Below are positions 38,100 through 51,495 of a stretch of DNA of 64,000 nt, piece after piece. The number at the start of each line of letters is the position of its first letter. Within the stretch, counting starts at the first letter, position 1. This stretch comes from Mytilus edulis (lineage: Eukaryota): assembly GCF_963676685.1 (NCBI RefSeq), contig NC_092347.1, forward strand, positions 99,076,001-99,140,000. Reading direction: 5' to 3'. The notes under the pieces were generated by a model. The model did not search any database. It was given only the letters and a program-made list of their open reading frames with translations, and was not told the origin of the DNA. Position numbers and translations under genes: made by a program.

Positions 38100-39437
38100 T
38101 TCTGTAAAATAAAAACAGTATATTTTATTTATCAGTTACTAAACATAACTTGTTGAATAATATAATTAGTCTTTGACATTATGTTTATTTCAGATACCTA
38201 GTTGATACATTTTTGTCTTGTACCGTTGACATTTTTATTATTCTCGTTTGTGATCCATGTTTTTGCACCATTTACTTGCTTATAAATAAATACCAGAATT
38301 TTATTAAACATGACTACTTTAAAAATTATGTATATGGCATATAAAAACCTATATACTATATGTAAATTTTAACGGTATTGTTGGAAAATATAGAAGTCTT
38401 CACAAAATCTTAAAGAACCCATAATGCGGAAGCATTTTATTAGATATAAAAGTAAGTACTTACACCATCGTGAATGATATCCTGAGTTTGATCTCCATCC
38501 TGAATTGCCACCCAATCTATTAAATCGTCCACTGTCAAAACGATTTCGGGTACTTCCTCTGTTTCCTCTGTATGAAACACGTGGCCTGTGAACAGCTGAT
38601 CTTCTAGATCTGTATTCTACAAAATAACATTTTGAAAATTATCATTTAAACTATTGTTATCCAACAAATATGTTTGAAAAGCCAAAAATTGCTTATCTTT
38701 ACAAATTTGTCTGAACAGATTTTATTATCTATTAAATATATATTTTAGTTGTATGTTACCAAATTAAATTCGTCCGACCAATGACTGTTCTTATTTTTAA
38801 GTAAATAAGTCTAAATATTCTAGAAAAAATCCACATACATGTACATGTAAAAAAAAACATGTTGTTGTTCCGTGTCTTTGTACTATAACAGTTGACCTGT
38901 TTTCCTCGAATTTAGTTTTTTAATCGTATTTATGTTCCTTAAATTGATTTTTGACTATTGAACAGCGGTATACAAGTTTATTTATGTTTATCAATATTGA
39001 ATATCAATGAACTCATTTGAAAGTAAATATTGATAATATCTTACGTCTTTTTCCACTAGTTAAACCTCCATTCTGTTGTCCCCTATTCAATCTTCCGGTC
39101 AATTGTTCATCATTCCATCTTTCGGTCAATCGTCCGTCATTCAATCTTCCAGTCAAATGTCCGTCATTCAATCTTCCAGTCAAATGTCCGTCATTCAACT
39201 TCCGGTCAATTGTCCGTCATTCCATCTTCCGCTCAAATGTCCGTCATTCCATCTTTCGCTCAAGTGTCCGTCATTTAATCCACTGTTTATATGTTCATTA
39301 TTCCAATCTCCGGTAAGTCTAGATCCCCTCAATCCTACTGATCTCCGAGTTGACGGCAAGGTGTTGCTTTGGTAAACACGAGCTGAGCCTAAAGTAACTA
39401 CAGCAGCAAGTCCAATGATTATTGGTAACATATTCAT
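38100..39437 (-). pseudogene. Gene E: family member with 7 nonapeptides and a 1-nt frameshift (exons 39437-39045, 38616-38464, 38101-38100)
   Basis: The coding part of exon 2 is 393 nt, where 394 (421-27) is expected. GGAAG-TTGAAT lacks the A of GGAAGATTGAAT at ~39198, giving TGA at 39197-39195. Exon 3 is intact: QYRSRRSAVHRPRVSYRGNRGSTRNRFDSGRFNRLGGNSGWRSNSGYHSRW. Confidence 0.8.
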
Positions 39438-40530
39438 GGTTCTGTTGGAAAAAAATAATCTATCATATTTAAATAATTCAAAGCAAAGCTTCAAAATATG
39501 TGCACAGATAACGGACGTAAAATAAGATTCAATATGTAATATGAAACGCTTAATTTGAACCATATTGTACTCATACAGTATGATTTTTAAAGCAAATGAA
39601 CATTGATTGAATAAAAAATTACAAATCAAAACAAAAAAAGTCATTATTTATGAAATGCCAAATTGTTAGCACTTGAGTATGATGTAACCTAACATATTTG
39701 TTTCTCAATATAACAATGTAAATACACTTAGAGTTAATTCTAAAATTGTTGAATCGCTGTTTTGATCTGTTATACATTGGGAGCCGTTACGTTTGCTATA
39801 TATTATATATGTATTAATTTAGAATAGAATTTCAGTGAACGATTGAATTAAAGGGAGAGTAAAACACGAAACACAGAAACTATACAATATATAATTTGAA
39901 ACAACTTTCGATAACAAAGCATGAGGTTTTAACCCTAAAATCCGTACTAGATTATAGTTTAAAAATGTTTGTATAAATGTTGCAAATTTATTTTTTTTCC
40001 TAACTTTAAATATTTTTTCAAAAGTAACGCTTGTTATCAGTGACGCCAAGATAAAGTAAATATTATCCATATTGGACCAGAAGTTTTGGTAAACTCATGC
40101 ATAAGTGATACAATACATCGTTAGAAAACAAGGTCACATCAAATTACTATATATTATATACTGGATATTTACTATTATTCGTTAGGTACACATTTCTGTG
40201 GATTCCGTGGGTACTGGGGAACAACAAAATTAAATGTTTTAATTCTTTTAAAAAAATATACGCAAACTTTGCCAAAGCAGCAACGTAAAATATTCATGAA
40301 AATGTAAGTTTTCCTCAATCCATGACAATTGATACCCGCGAATATAAATCAATCCCAAATACATTATGTTATTTGATGGATTTTTGAAAATTAAAACACT
40401 AAGATTGTTGATTTTTTTACCATTAATATCTTAAAGTTCCATCAAACAATTACGAAAATTAATATTTGCTCAGCAAAATTTTAAGTATAAGCTCACATTG
40501 ATAATAAAAGTAAAATAAACAACACTTTAC

Positions 40531-40770
40531 CCGAAACTTGTTTGTTTTTAACGTTTTTCAGATGCTCACGAAGAAAGAATGTAGAGTATTGATGAACCAT
40601 TCTCTTTTTATACAAATTGCAAAGAAGGAAACGTTGTAAATTCGGAAAATTTTAAATCCAAAAATAACACAAACACACTACGTCAGTTGTTTTAATGCAA
40701 ACATTGGTTGGAAAGTTAACCACAATGACCTATATGCCATTCTAATTAGCTTAATGTCAGCACAGGTAAT
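40531..40770 (-). promoter_or_regulatory. Gene E non-coding exon 1 and promoter
   Basis: Donor GTAAAG at 40530; TATAAAAA at 40612-40605; TTTCCTT and the conserved upstream block. Confidence 0.65.
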
Positions 40771-43700
40771 AACCTTTGATATTCAAATTTGTTTTTATGC
40801 ATTCACTGATTGATCATTATTAATTCAGAATGCATAGTTTGTTTCTGACATTTAAACGCTTTCATACCTCATGTAAGAAAAATAACAGAATATGATTTAA
40901 ATGCTGCATAATTTTATTACGTTAGAAATGTACCAATCGACACATGACCTTGTCCTGTAAATAGCAGATGTTACGTTTTTATGCAATGACGGTTTGAGGA
41001 ACAAAAATATATTGGTTGATTGTCTGAAAAATATATTCGTAATATATGCCCGTTATTTATTCGGTCTCGCGGTCTTGGCGCTATACATAAAAAGTAAAAA
41101 TCACAAAAATACGGAGCTCAAAGGAAAAGATATGAACAGAATGTGGTCTATGTTAGGCAGAATATAATTATTAGTTTCCACTAGACGTCTATGTGATCAT
41201 TGGGACTTACTTCTAAAAAAAATCCTAAAGAAACAAAGGAGGGCATATAGGCATGTTTCTGTGATATCATTTTACTTATTTCTAAATTGTTATTTTTTGG
41301 AATATATTCTGGTATTAATATATATACTAAGTTAGAGTCTTTGCTTGTACATGTCTATCTATTTCAAGTAAATCGTATGTTATGGAATTGTGTAAGTTAT
41401 TTAAATTTTCAAAATATTAAATTTTATAGAATTTACAGTTCATCAGAGCTGAATGCCACCTTTGAGCGTAATACAATGAACCGCGGAATTCTAAAATCAT
41501 GGTCAAAACAAAACTAAATAGACTATCAAGGTTCAAAAGAAAAAATAACAGACATTAGTCTAAATAAAACAAAATCAACAATCTACTATAATTTTGGTAA
41601 ATGACTTTCTATGAGCTATTAAATCTTGTATGAAAAAATAAATGGAAGTTATGGGGCAAAATATTTTACCTTGTACTGTTTTGAACAACACCCAACAGTC
41701 CGAACATTTGACACAAATGGCGAAATCACAGCTAAGTACATTCTCAAGACAATTTATTTTGAACAGGTCGGGTACACTTCATAAAAATCTTGTACAGAAC
41801 CACACGAAGATTAAAAAAACAAGATAATTTAATTTCACATTGTGATATATTGATGGTGTTTAGTTCTGTCATTACTATGTATAAAATAAAACATAGATGG
41901 CTTCCTCATTTGCCTAATAAGACTAATTAACGGGTTTTTACTAAGATGAGCAACATGACGGGTGCCACATGTGAAGCCTGATCTGATATCCCTGCCGAAG
42001 CATCTGCGATCCCCCCCCCCCCCCCCCCCACAGTTTTTTGTTTGGTTAGTGTTGCCCCGCATTCAGTTTTTATTTTATGTTTTGTATACTGTTGTTTGTC
42101 CGTTTGTCCTTTCTGTTTGAGCCAGTGACGCTCATATCAAAATAGTTACTAAGCCAAACAAGTACAAAGTTGAAAAGCATTGAGGACCAAAAATAAATTC
42201 CAAAAAAATTGTGCTAAATATGGCTAAGGTAATCTATTCCTGGGATATTTTTGACGATTTTAATTTTGAAATAATTAATTTCCCTCAACCTGAGCAACAA
42301 CATATCAACCACACCTATATATGGGACACACATTTAAGTATTACAGAGGTTCTACCTGCTACTCAGACTTTATAAAACGTCACCTGTCTCTGAGAGAGTT
42401 GATGTGCCTTGTTTATGTCAAAGACCGTTTTGCCTATTTTTTTATTCTAAATAAATTCTCTCATCTTAAGATACCAATACCTTGTTAATGAACGTTCCGT
42501 TTGAATTTCACATAAAATACATGATGGTCTAAAAGTAGAGATTCTTGGTACTGACGTCGTCTTAATCGCGTGTTTAAGTGTCCCTCTGGTATCTTTCGCT
42601 CCTCTTTTATATTTGTTTTCATAGAAACGACTACATTCTGCATGGGAAACTAGCACAGACGCAATTAGGAGGTTGAGACTTGAAGTTGTAAACGTTGAGA
42701 TCCCGCAACACGTATTAGTAATTGAAAATTCTAGTTGCAATTGATTTGGTAAAATAAAATGATAGATACAGATTGACCTTTACAATAGGCAGGTATTTTC
42801 AATTTGACGGCATCGAGACCGTTGTTGCAAAAGCATAGTTTAAGGGAGGATCTGTTCTCTTGTTCATCTTTTCCAGTACAAACTGGTTGAAAAGTCTGTG
42901 ATTTTCAATGTAGACGTTTGGATTTACAATTCAGATCGTTGTCACTTCTAGGATAACAAGACGGTTTAGTTAAACTGCATCTGTTTATGAAATTCCACAG
43001 GTTTAACAGCCATTGGTCTCACACACAGTGTTGTTAAGATTCATCAAAAGCCAAATGACTTGTTGAAGAAATTAACATGGCTGTGTAATTAACTTATTGT
43101 TATAGTCATTAGTATGATGATCTGAATTTTTTATTCTTTTTTGGTATGTCTGGTTCTGAGGGAACACCTGTCATACTTGTCGATGTCCGAGTCAGTATTA
43201 TGTACAAATGTACAAATGTACACTTGTGCTGGCGAAGTATGAAATTTATAATGAAGTGTTGTCTTTATGTTATACATCATTTGGTCAATTCCGCTGCTGG
43301 TGGTCAATTAATCCCCGAGGGTATCATAAGCTTAGTAGGAAGAAGTTCAGTACTGCTTTGGTTCATAATCAAACCCTAATTACAAGTGCTCGTTCGTACG
43401 TGGTCGAAAATACGGTTGCAACTCCCTACGGAAAAATCGATCTTAGGTGGATTTAACTATTTGTTTGGAATGTTTTTTGTCAAAGAACTTTGCAACTGTA
43501 TTGATTCTCGAACATGATGAGCTTTAAAATATTCAGATTCAAGCGTTCCAGATAAAGGTTAATCATCACAAGGGCTTTCGACTTTAAAAATTTTTAAATG
43601 ATTGTTTTTCATTTTTTTAAAGTGTTCTTTGTCTTGAGATAGCTGTTTCAAGTTTGCAGGTCAATGAACGGGATTATCGCTATTTTGTACATTTTTCCTT

Positions 43701-45087
43701 TGATCTTTTTTGTGATAATTTTTCATATCATTCTACTCGCTTGAGATGGAAAATTATCGCTAAAAACTAAGCAGGCACGTGGCGTTGCTTACGAAATTGA
43801 TATGAAATCGTCATAGGTGAAATAGCGATAAACAGATTATCAATGATCATATCTACTCGATTGCCTTTCTCGCTTTCGCCCACCCGGATCAAGCGAGAAA
43901 ATCAATCTCGTTGAATTGATCAACGATAATCTATAATTATCAGATTTTTCAAACAACATATCTTATTAGACTGTGTTGTAGAAAATTGTTATTGAAATAT
44001 CACTTCATGTTTGTTCTACAACACCTTTGTTTAGATATATTTGTAACTGTGATACTCATTGTTTGTCTCTTCAAACAGTATTTTCAGAATGGCTATCTAA
44101 CAAATGTCTTGATAAGACTTTTGTGTTCGTTTTTTTTTTTTTTTTTTTTTGCTCTATAATATTGTTATCTGCTGTAAACATTCTTTTGAACTGCGTTTAA
44201 AATCATCTTTGTTATCTAATTTTATCAGTATTTGTTGTAAATGGAATAAAAATATCTATAATGAGGTTCAATAGCAAAATTATTTTTTAAAGATCTCTGT
44301 AATTCATGTGGTGTCGCGTACGCCAATTTTTTTACAAATACTAATGCCAATTTCGATGAAAATGTACATAGATATAGGCAAAAGTAGTATACCGCTGTTC
44401 ATAATTCATAAATTGAAAGAGAGAAAACAAATCCGCGTTACAAAGTAAAACTGCGGGAAACGTATCAAATATAAGAAACCTACGACACAACACCGAAATG
44501 TAACTCACACAGAAACGAAATATAATGTAACAATGGCCATTTTTCTTATATATTTAGATATACAGACACTCTATAAAAGTTCTTGTTACTCTATTGAAAA
44601 CGACATTTTGAGACTGAATTCATTTCTATGTGTTCGGGTTTTTTCGAGAGCATTCCGGACTTTTTCGAGTGCGTCCTTTTTTATCGAGTGATTATACAAA
44701 TTTTTTATTGCTAAAAATGTTAAATGTCAGTGTTTTTTCATTTAGAAGCAATAAAAAAGAGTTAAAGTTCTTATAAATCACATGTTTTCATTATATATTC
44801 ATAATGTTAACAATCTAATGAAAGAATAGACAATTTGGATTGATACGTACGTACTTATAGGGTGTTGAGCTCATTTCATTGTTAACTGTCTATATAATTA
44901 TGAAATTTAATTTTAATTTTATTATTAATGGGAATAAAAAATGGTCGGCTTTAGTGTGTACATGTTTTTTTATTTTGTTTTTTATGATTTTATTTTGTGG
45001 AAGCAGGTAGCAGATTTTTTTCATTAGAATACATAGCATTATTCTGATTCTTCTCTGCTCTCCAGGTTTTCTTAGTGCGTTTTTTTA

Positions 45088-46060
45088 AGCAGCTGTGCCA
45101 TGAGCGCATGCTACGCCCGAAGCGTTTTCAAAGAAAAATTTTATTCTCTTATGGTTTTGGTTTATCATCTACATCTTGCATGAATATACATACCTCGTAA
45201 CACACTGCACAGAGTGTGATACGAAAAAGAGATACAAAAATCTGCGTTAATTTAATTTTCTTAGCCAGGATCATAAGATGATATCACAGTAAATCATTGG
45301 CTATTCGTTAGGTCATTGGGGAGAATGGTATACCGTTAGAAATCATATTGAAATTAAATAACTAGAGTTGATATTGAGCGATATCCGCTAAGAAACCTAT
45401 AAATAATTTCTCAATGTCATATCAAAATACTATGAAAAACTTAAGGGAGGTTACCGTAATCTGTGTTAATCAGTCACCAAAGTTTCGTGAAAACTTCTAA
45501 AAGCACTTTAAAAATATTCTCTGAAAACTGTTACTCCTTTTTAGCTCATCTGGCCAAACAGCCGGGTCAAGTGAGATTTTTCCATCACTTGGCGTTTGTC
45601 GCTGTCCGTCTTCATCGTCCGTTTACTTTTACAAAAATCATTTCCTCTGAATCTACTAAACCTAGTTTATTATAGATAGAAATAACTGTAAACAGCAATA
45701 ATGTTTTGGTAAAGCAGGAATTCATGACCAGCAAGCCACCATAACCATAACAGAGAATTTTGTCATGAATTCTGTTCTTGTCTTCAATGTTGAAGAGAGT
45801 CCTTTGTTTTTTAATATGCACTGCAGAACATAGACAAAGGTGAGTAACACAGGCTCTGTATAGCCTCTAGTTTGTTTAATTAAATCCAACAACTCGGAAA
45901 CGTAAAATCTAAAATTTATAAAATCCGAATTGTCGGATACCTCAATAGATATAAACATTTCTTTGAAGTTTCATGTAAATCGGTAACAGCGTTTGTGAGT
46001 TATTTTCTGACTTACTGACGACGGATGGACAACGGTATACCATTATACGTCCCGTGTAAA
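45088..46060. mobile_element. Helentron/DINE-like non-autonomous repeats (nested fragments)
   Basis: ttttagctcatctggcc...gtgagatttttccatcacttggcgt...gtccgtc at 45540-45660; end motif gacggatggacaacgg..tataccattatacgtccc. A similar copy lies at ~10770-11060. Confidence 0.45.
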
Positions 46061-47274
46061 ACTCTCCGGGGTTCACCAGGAAATTATTTTATTAATTGTG
46101 ACAACAACAAAAACATCAAATGCAGTTGAAAAGATTATAAGTCCCCTGCACTATGTTCTGAAGAGCTTTTTATAAAGGATTCAATAATTTATAATTTTAT
46201 ATTTGAAAGTTGTGGTAGAACGGTTAATTTTTCGATCAGAATTAAATTGAAAAAGATTTTTTTTTATCACCGAAGTAATATGGTTTTGTGATTTGTTGGG
46301 AAGATATGATAGTGTCCTTCGCTTGATTACAGTTATAAATCAGAATAACTCATTTTTTCAAGTCAAGAATACCTTTTTTTATCACAATTTTCTTTATAAA
46401 AAAACACGGACGATTTCACAGTTGCTCTCGAAAAAGCCCGGACAATAACAAACACTCATTTTATTAATCAGTTACAAGGAAACTATGCTTCTTTGTTGAT
46501 CAAAACATGTATAGTAATCAAAGTAATTTGGGTAGTAATTTAAAAACTATTATCATTACGAAATAGTAGTTAATTGACCTAATCGCATGTTTTTACACTC
46601 AAAAATAACGGACCAAATCACTCGAAAAACCACGATCCTAGCCGGACACTATACCTACCGTGAAAACATTAACTATTAGACGAAAACAAATGAACAACAG
46701 AAACACTGAACTATATAAAACAAAAGCAAATTACAACATACATAAAAATGGAAGATAATTAACACTTATAACATCTAAGAAAGAAAACTCAGTTAGTAGT
46801 CTTTGCAATCGTAATCGTTATAAATAAACTAAACGATTGATTTGAAATTTATTTTCGATTAAACTATAATTACAAATCAAACAGACAAAATACCATTTGA
46901 TGATATTATTTTTACTATTATAAATAAATATTTTATTATCTGATTAAAATTATTCAAGAAACATTAGTTCTTATGAAGATATAAATCGCAAGATATATAA
47001 TACTGCAGCTTCAATATTGATGTAATTAATATCATGGTTATAACCTAGTCAAATTTATTTAAAATCAAATACTTGTCATAAAAATTATTCGTTTAAGTTT
47101 ATATGCCGATGGTTACATTTCTAAAGGCATAAATTTATGCAAAATTTAAACGTATATTTACGCTTTAGCAATGACGTATTAAAGCATTATAATATCGCAA
47201 ACAAACTATGCATACTGAATTAATAATGATCAATCAGTGATTGTATAAAAACAAATGAGAATATCAAAGGTTGG

Positions 47275-47510
47275 TACCTGGGCTGACATTAAGCTAATTA
47301 GAATGACATATAGGTCATTGTGATTACCTTTACAACCAATGAGTGTTTTAAATACATTACGTAGTTTGTTTGTGTAATTTGGGTTTTAAGAATTTTCCGA
47401 ATATTCAACATTTCCTTCTTTGTAATTAGTATAAAAGGAGAATGTTTTATCAATGTTTTATATTCTTTCTAAGTGATTATCTGCAGAACGTTAAAAAGAA
47501 AAACATCCAG
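47275..47510 (+). promoter_or_regulatory. Gene F promoter and non-coding exon 1
   Basis: Conserved block, TTTCCTT at 47411, TATAAAA at 47430-47436, donor CAG|GTATAG at 47510/47511. Confidence 0.7.
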
Positions 47511-48538
47511 GTATAGTGTTGTTTGTTAACTTTTATTCTAAATATGTAAGAATTTTGCAGAACTTTTTTCATAATTGTTTTATTGAACTTTGTTTCAAAC
47601 ACTCGTGACAATAACAACAATCTTAATGTTCTGATTTATACAAAAAGAATTGGATTAATTTATATTCGAAGGTACCAATATTCGTAGATTTAGGAAAACC
47701 TGCGTTATCGTGGATATTTAGTTTCGTTGCCTTGGCAAAGTTTGCATAAATTCCTTTAGAATATTTTTAATTTGTTGAACATTTAAATTTGAGGTTCCTT
47801 ATTACCTTCGAAATCCATGAAAATGTGTATCCAAGGAGAAGAATGTAACATTTATATTTGAGTAATTAGATGTGACCTTGTTTTCTAACCATTTATTGTA
47901 TATAAAGTGAGCATCATTTGACTAGACTTGTGTTCAAATAAGGATAATATTTACTTTATCTTGGCGTCACTCATTACAATCATTGCTTTAAATTTTTATC
48001 TATAGTTAAAAAACAAACCTATTGTAACATAACAAACAAATAACATTTCTAAAATAGAAAGTAAGAATATTAGGGTTCTAAACCCATGCCTTGCCTTCAA
48101 AAGAGATATTATTTCATTTGTTATACAGCTTCAATAGACTGTATTACTCAATTTTTAATGCCCTCTTTCACTAGCATTACTTTTCTAAATTGATATATAA
48201 ATGTAAGATATATTTAATGTATTCATAAAACAGCGATTCAACCATTTTAGAATTACTTCTTCGTGTAATTGTAATGTTATATTGCAGAAACACATATATA
48301 AGGTTACATCAAACTCAAGTGCTAACAATTCTGAGTCATACATGTAGAATTTTTTGTTTTAATTATTATTATTGTATTCGTGCTATAAAATCATACTGTA
48401 TGAGTACAGTTTTTGCTCAAATTAAGCGTTTTATGTGACATATGAACTCTGGTTTTACATATATTTAAATGTGCACATATTTTGAAGCTTTGTTTTGCAT
48501 TTTTTAAATATAATAAATTATTTCTCTCCCTCAGAACC

Positions 48539-50033
48539 ATGAATATGTTACCAATAATCATTGGACTTGCTGCTGTAGTAAGTTTGGGCTCAGCTCGTGT
48601 ATACAACAGCAACACCTTGCCATCAACTCGGAGATCATTAGGGTTGAGGGGATCTAGACTTAACGGAGATTGGAATAATGAACATCGTAACAGTGGATTG
48701 AGTGATGGACAATTGACCGGAAGATGGAATGACGGACAATTGACCGGAAGATGGAATGACGGACAATTGACAGGGAGATTGAATGACGGACATTTGAACG
48801 GAAGATTGAATGACGGACATTTGATCGGAAGATTGAATGACGGACATTTGACCGGAAGATTGAATGACGGACAATTGACCGGAAGATGGAATGATGGACA
48901 ATTGACCGGAAGAAGGAATGACGGACAATTGACCGGAAGATTGAATAGGGGACATCAGGATGGAGCTTTAGATAGTGGAAAAAGATGTAAGACATTAGGA
49001 ACATTTACTTTCAAATGAGTTCATTTATATTGAATATTGATAAACATAAATAAAGTTATAAACCGATGTTTAATAGTCAAAAATCAAAATTCAATTAAGG
49101 GAACATAAGTACGGTTAACAAGCTATATTCAAGGGAAAGACGTCAACTATTATAGTACAAAGACACCGAACAATAACAAATTGTTTTTTACATGTACATG
49201 TATATGATTTTGTCTACACTATTGGGACTTATTCACTAGAGACTAAGAACAGTCATTGGTCGTGCGAATCTAAATTGGTAACATGCAACTAAAATATGTA
49301 TTAAATAGATAATAAAATCTGTTCAGACAAATTTGTAAAGATAAAAAAAATATTTTTAAAAATATTTGTATGAGAACAATAGTTAAGATGATAATTTAAG
49401 AATATTTTTTTTGTAGTATACAGATCTAGAAGATCAGCTGTTCAAAGGTTACGTGTTTCATACAGAGGAAACAGAGGAAGTACCCGAAATCATTTTGACA
49501 GTGGACGATTTAATAGATTGGGTGGCAATTCAGGATGGAGATCAAACTCAGGATATAATTCACGATGGTGTAAGTGTTTAATTCAAAATCAAAACATATG
49601 TTGTATTATCATCTTATTATCTACGATACAAAACATATTTAAGAAGATTTGGTATGAGAGCCAATGCGACAACTCTCGAGTCAAGTCACAATTTGTAAAA
49701 ATAAACCGTTATAGGTCAAAGTACGGTCTTCAACACGGAAAATTGACTCATACCGAACAACAAGCTATTAAAGACCCCAAAATGACTAGTGTAAAACCAT
49801 TCAAACAAGAAAACCAAATGTCTAATCTATATAAAAAAAAAGAAACGAGAAACTCTAATGAACCTCGCCAACAATCGACAACCACTGAACATCAGGTCCC
49901 TGACTTAGGACACTAGACTGATTAAATATAACAATTGGGAATTAGTAACAAACATAACGTCAAAGTATTAATACATCAAGCAAGTTGTGTTTATTATCAG
50001 ATATATAAAATTTTCTTTTTTTATTTTACAGAA
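48539..50033 (+). CDS. Gene F: 200-aa secreted repeat precursor with 9 nonapeptides (coding exons 48539-48986, 49417-49569, 50032-50033)
   Basis: Signal peptide; 9 repeats; GALDSGKR|LYRSRR-SAVQRLRVSYRGNRGSTRNHFDSGRFNRLGGNSGWRSNSGYNSRW; split stop T|AA; AATAAA at 50122. Confidence 0.88.
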
Positions 50034-51495
50034 TATTGAAGTTGAGATGTTCTAGAGAGACAATAAAATATTGTTTGTACATGCAGTGGTATATTCCGTA
50101 GATTTTTATACTTTTTAAAAAAATAAAATTAAAACATATTAAGTATATGACTTTTCCTTTCAAAAATATTCCTAAGAAATATTGTTACCAAAATGATCAT
50201 TGAATTCTGATATACAATATTATTGTTCATGAGTGTTACCAAAACATATACTTAAACCAATACACAATTTCAACAGAAAACCTGGTTAAAACATATTTAA
50301 GATAATTGTACAACTGTCAAAGAAATACTAGTAGATTTAAGAAAACTAAAGAGAGGTTTAAACAATATACCAAAGTATGACTTAAATGAACAATGATACA
50401 GACAAGTATTCACGTACCAACAGTGGTAACAAATATACAGGTTTTGGTGGGGTTCGTATTGCTTAATCTTTAGTTTTATATGTTGTGTCATGTGTACTAT
50501 TGCTTGTCTGTTTCCGTTTTCATTTTTAGCCATGGCGTTGTCAGTATATTTTCGATTTATGAGTTTAACTGTCCCTCTAGTATCTTTCGTTCCGATTTTA
50601 TAGATGTAAGAATCAAACATAAGCAACTGTGCGGAAAATCAAATTGCCTTGCTAAGCATGAACGTACACATACCCATTAGCCATATATGTGTCGACCTTA
50701 TTGCAGCATGAATTTAGTTTGATACAGAAAAGTCATTAATGTTAAAACTTGTGTTCAAAGCTCATTGCCTTCTTCATAGTAGTACTTATTTGTCAGATAA
50801 TGATTATGCCGAAAAAAATAAAAGTCAAACGATACCAAAAGGGACAATCTTAACTTATGTCGAAGAAAATAACCTTTATATAAAACCATGCATAAAAAAC
50901 TTCTATAATCAGGATTCTAATATATGTGATATTCATCCAAATCTAAAGTTTTGCATGTCAATTTCATATAGATTGTTTGTCAACGTATATTTAGCGCATA
51001 CACAATAAGTGTTAAGAATCTCCTACAAAGTTTTCACACTGCACTGCAAAATACTCCGCAATATTAATGCAAAATAAATGCCCTACGGTGACCTACAGTT
51101 GATAATATCTGTGTCATTTGGTCTCTTATGAAGAGTTGTCTCATTGGCAAGCATATTTCATCTGTAAAGTGTTTGGATTATAAACTATCGTAACGTTTTC
51201 ACAGAATCTTATATCAATCTTTTAATTAAATAAAAATCAAACTACAACTAAGAGGCTTGACTAAAAACTACGAGACCAATTTTATACTTTGAAACGAACA
51301 AAGAAACAACAGATTTATACACAATTCACTTTATATCAAATAGTAGTCTTAAACCTCTTACCTCAATTTATCCTTTATCATTTTACTGAATCCGGGGTCG
51401 CAACTGATTTGTTAAACAATTATAACCTTTCAAAAACTTTAATAGAGCACATGCTTCAAAACCAGAGTTTTCGGAAACACTTAGTTCTAAGACAA

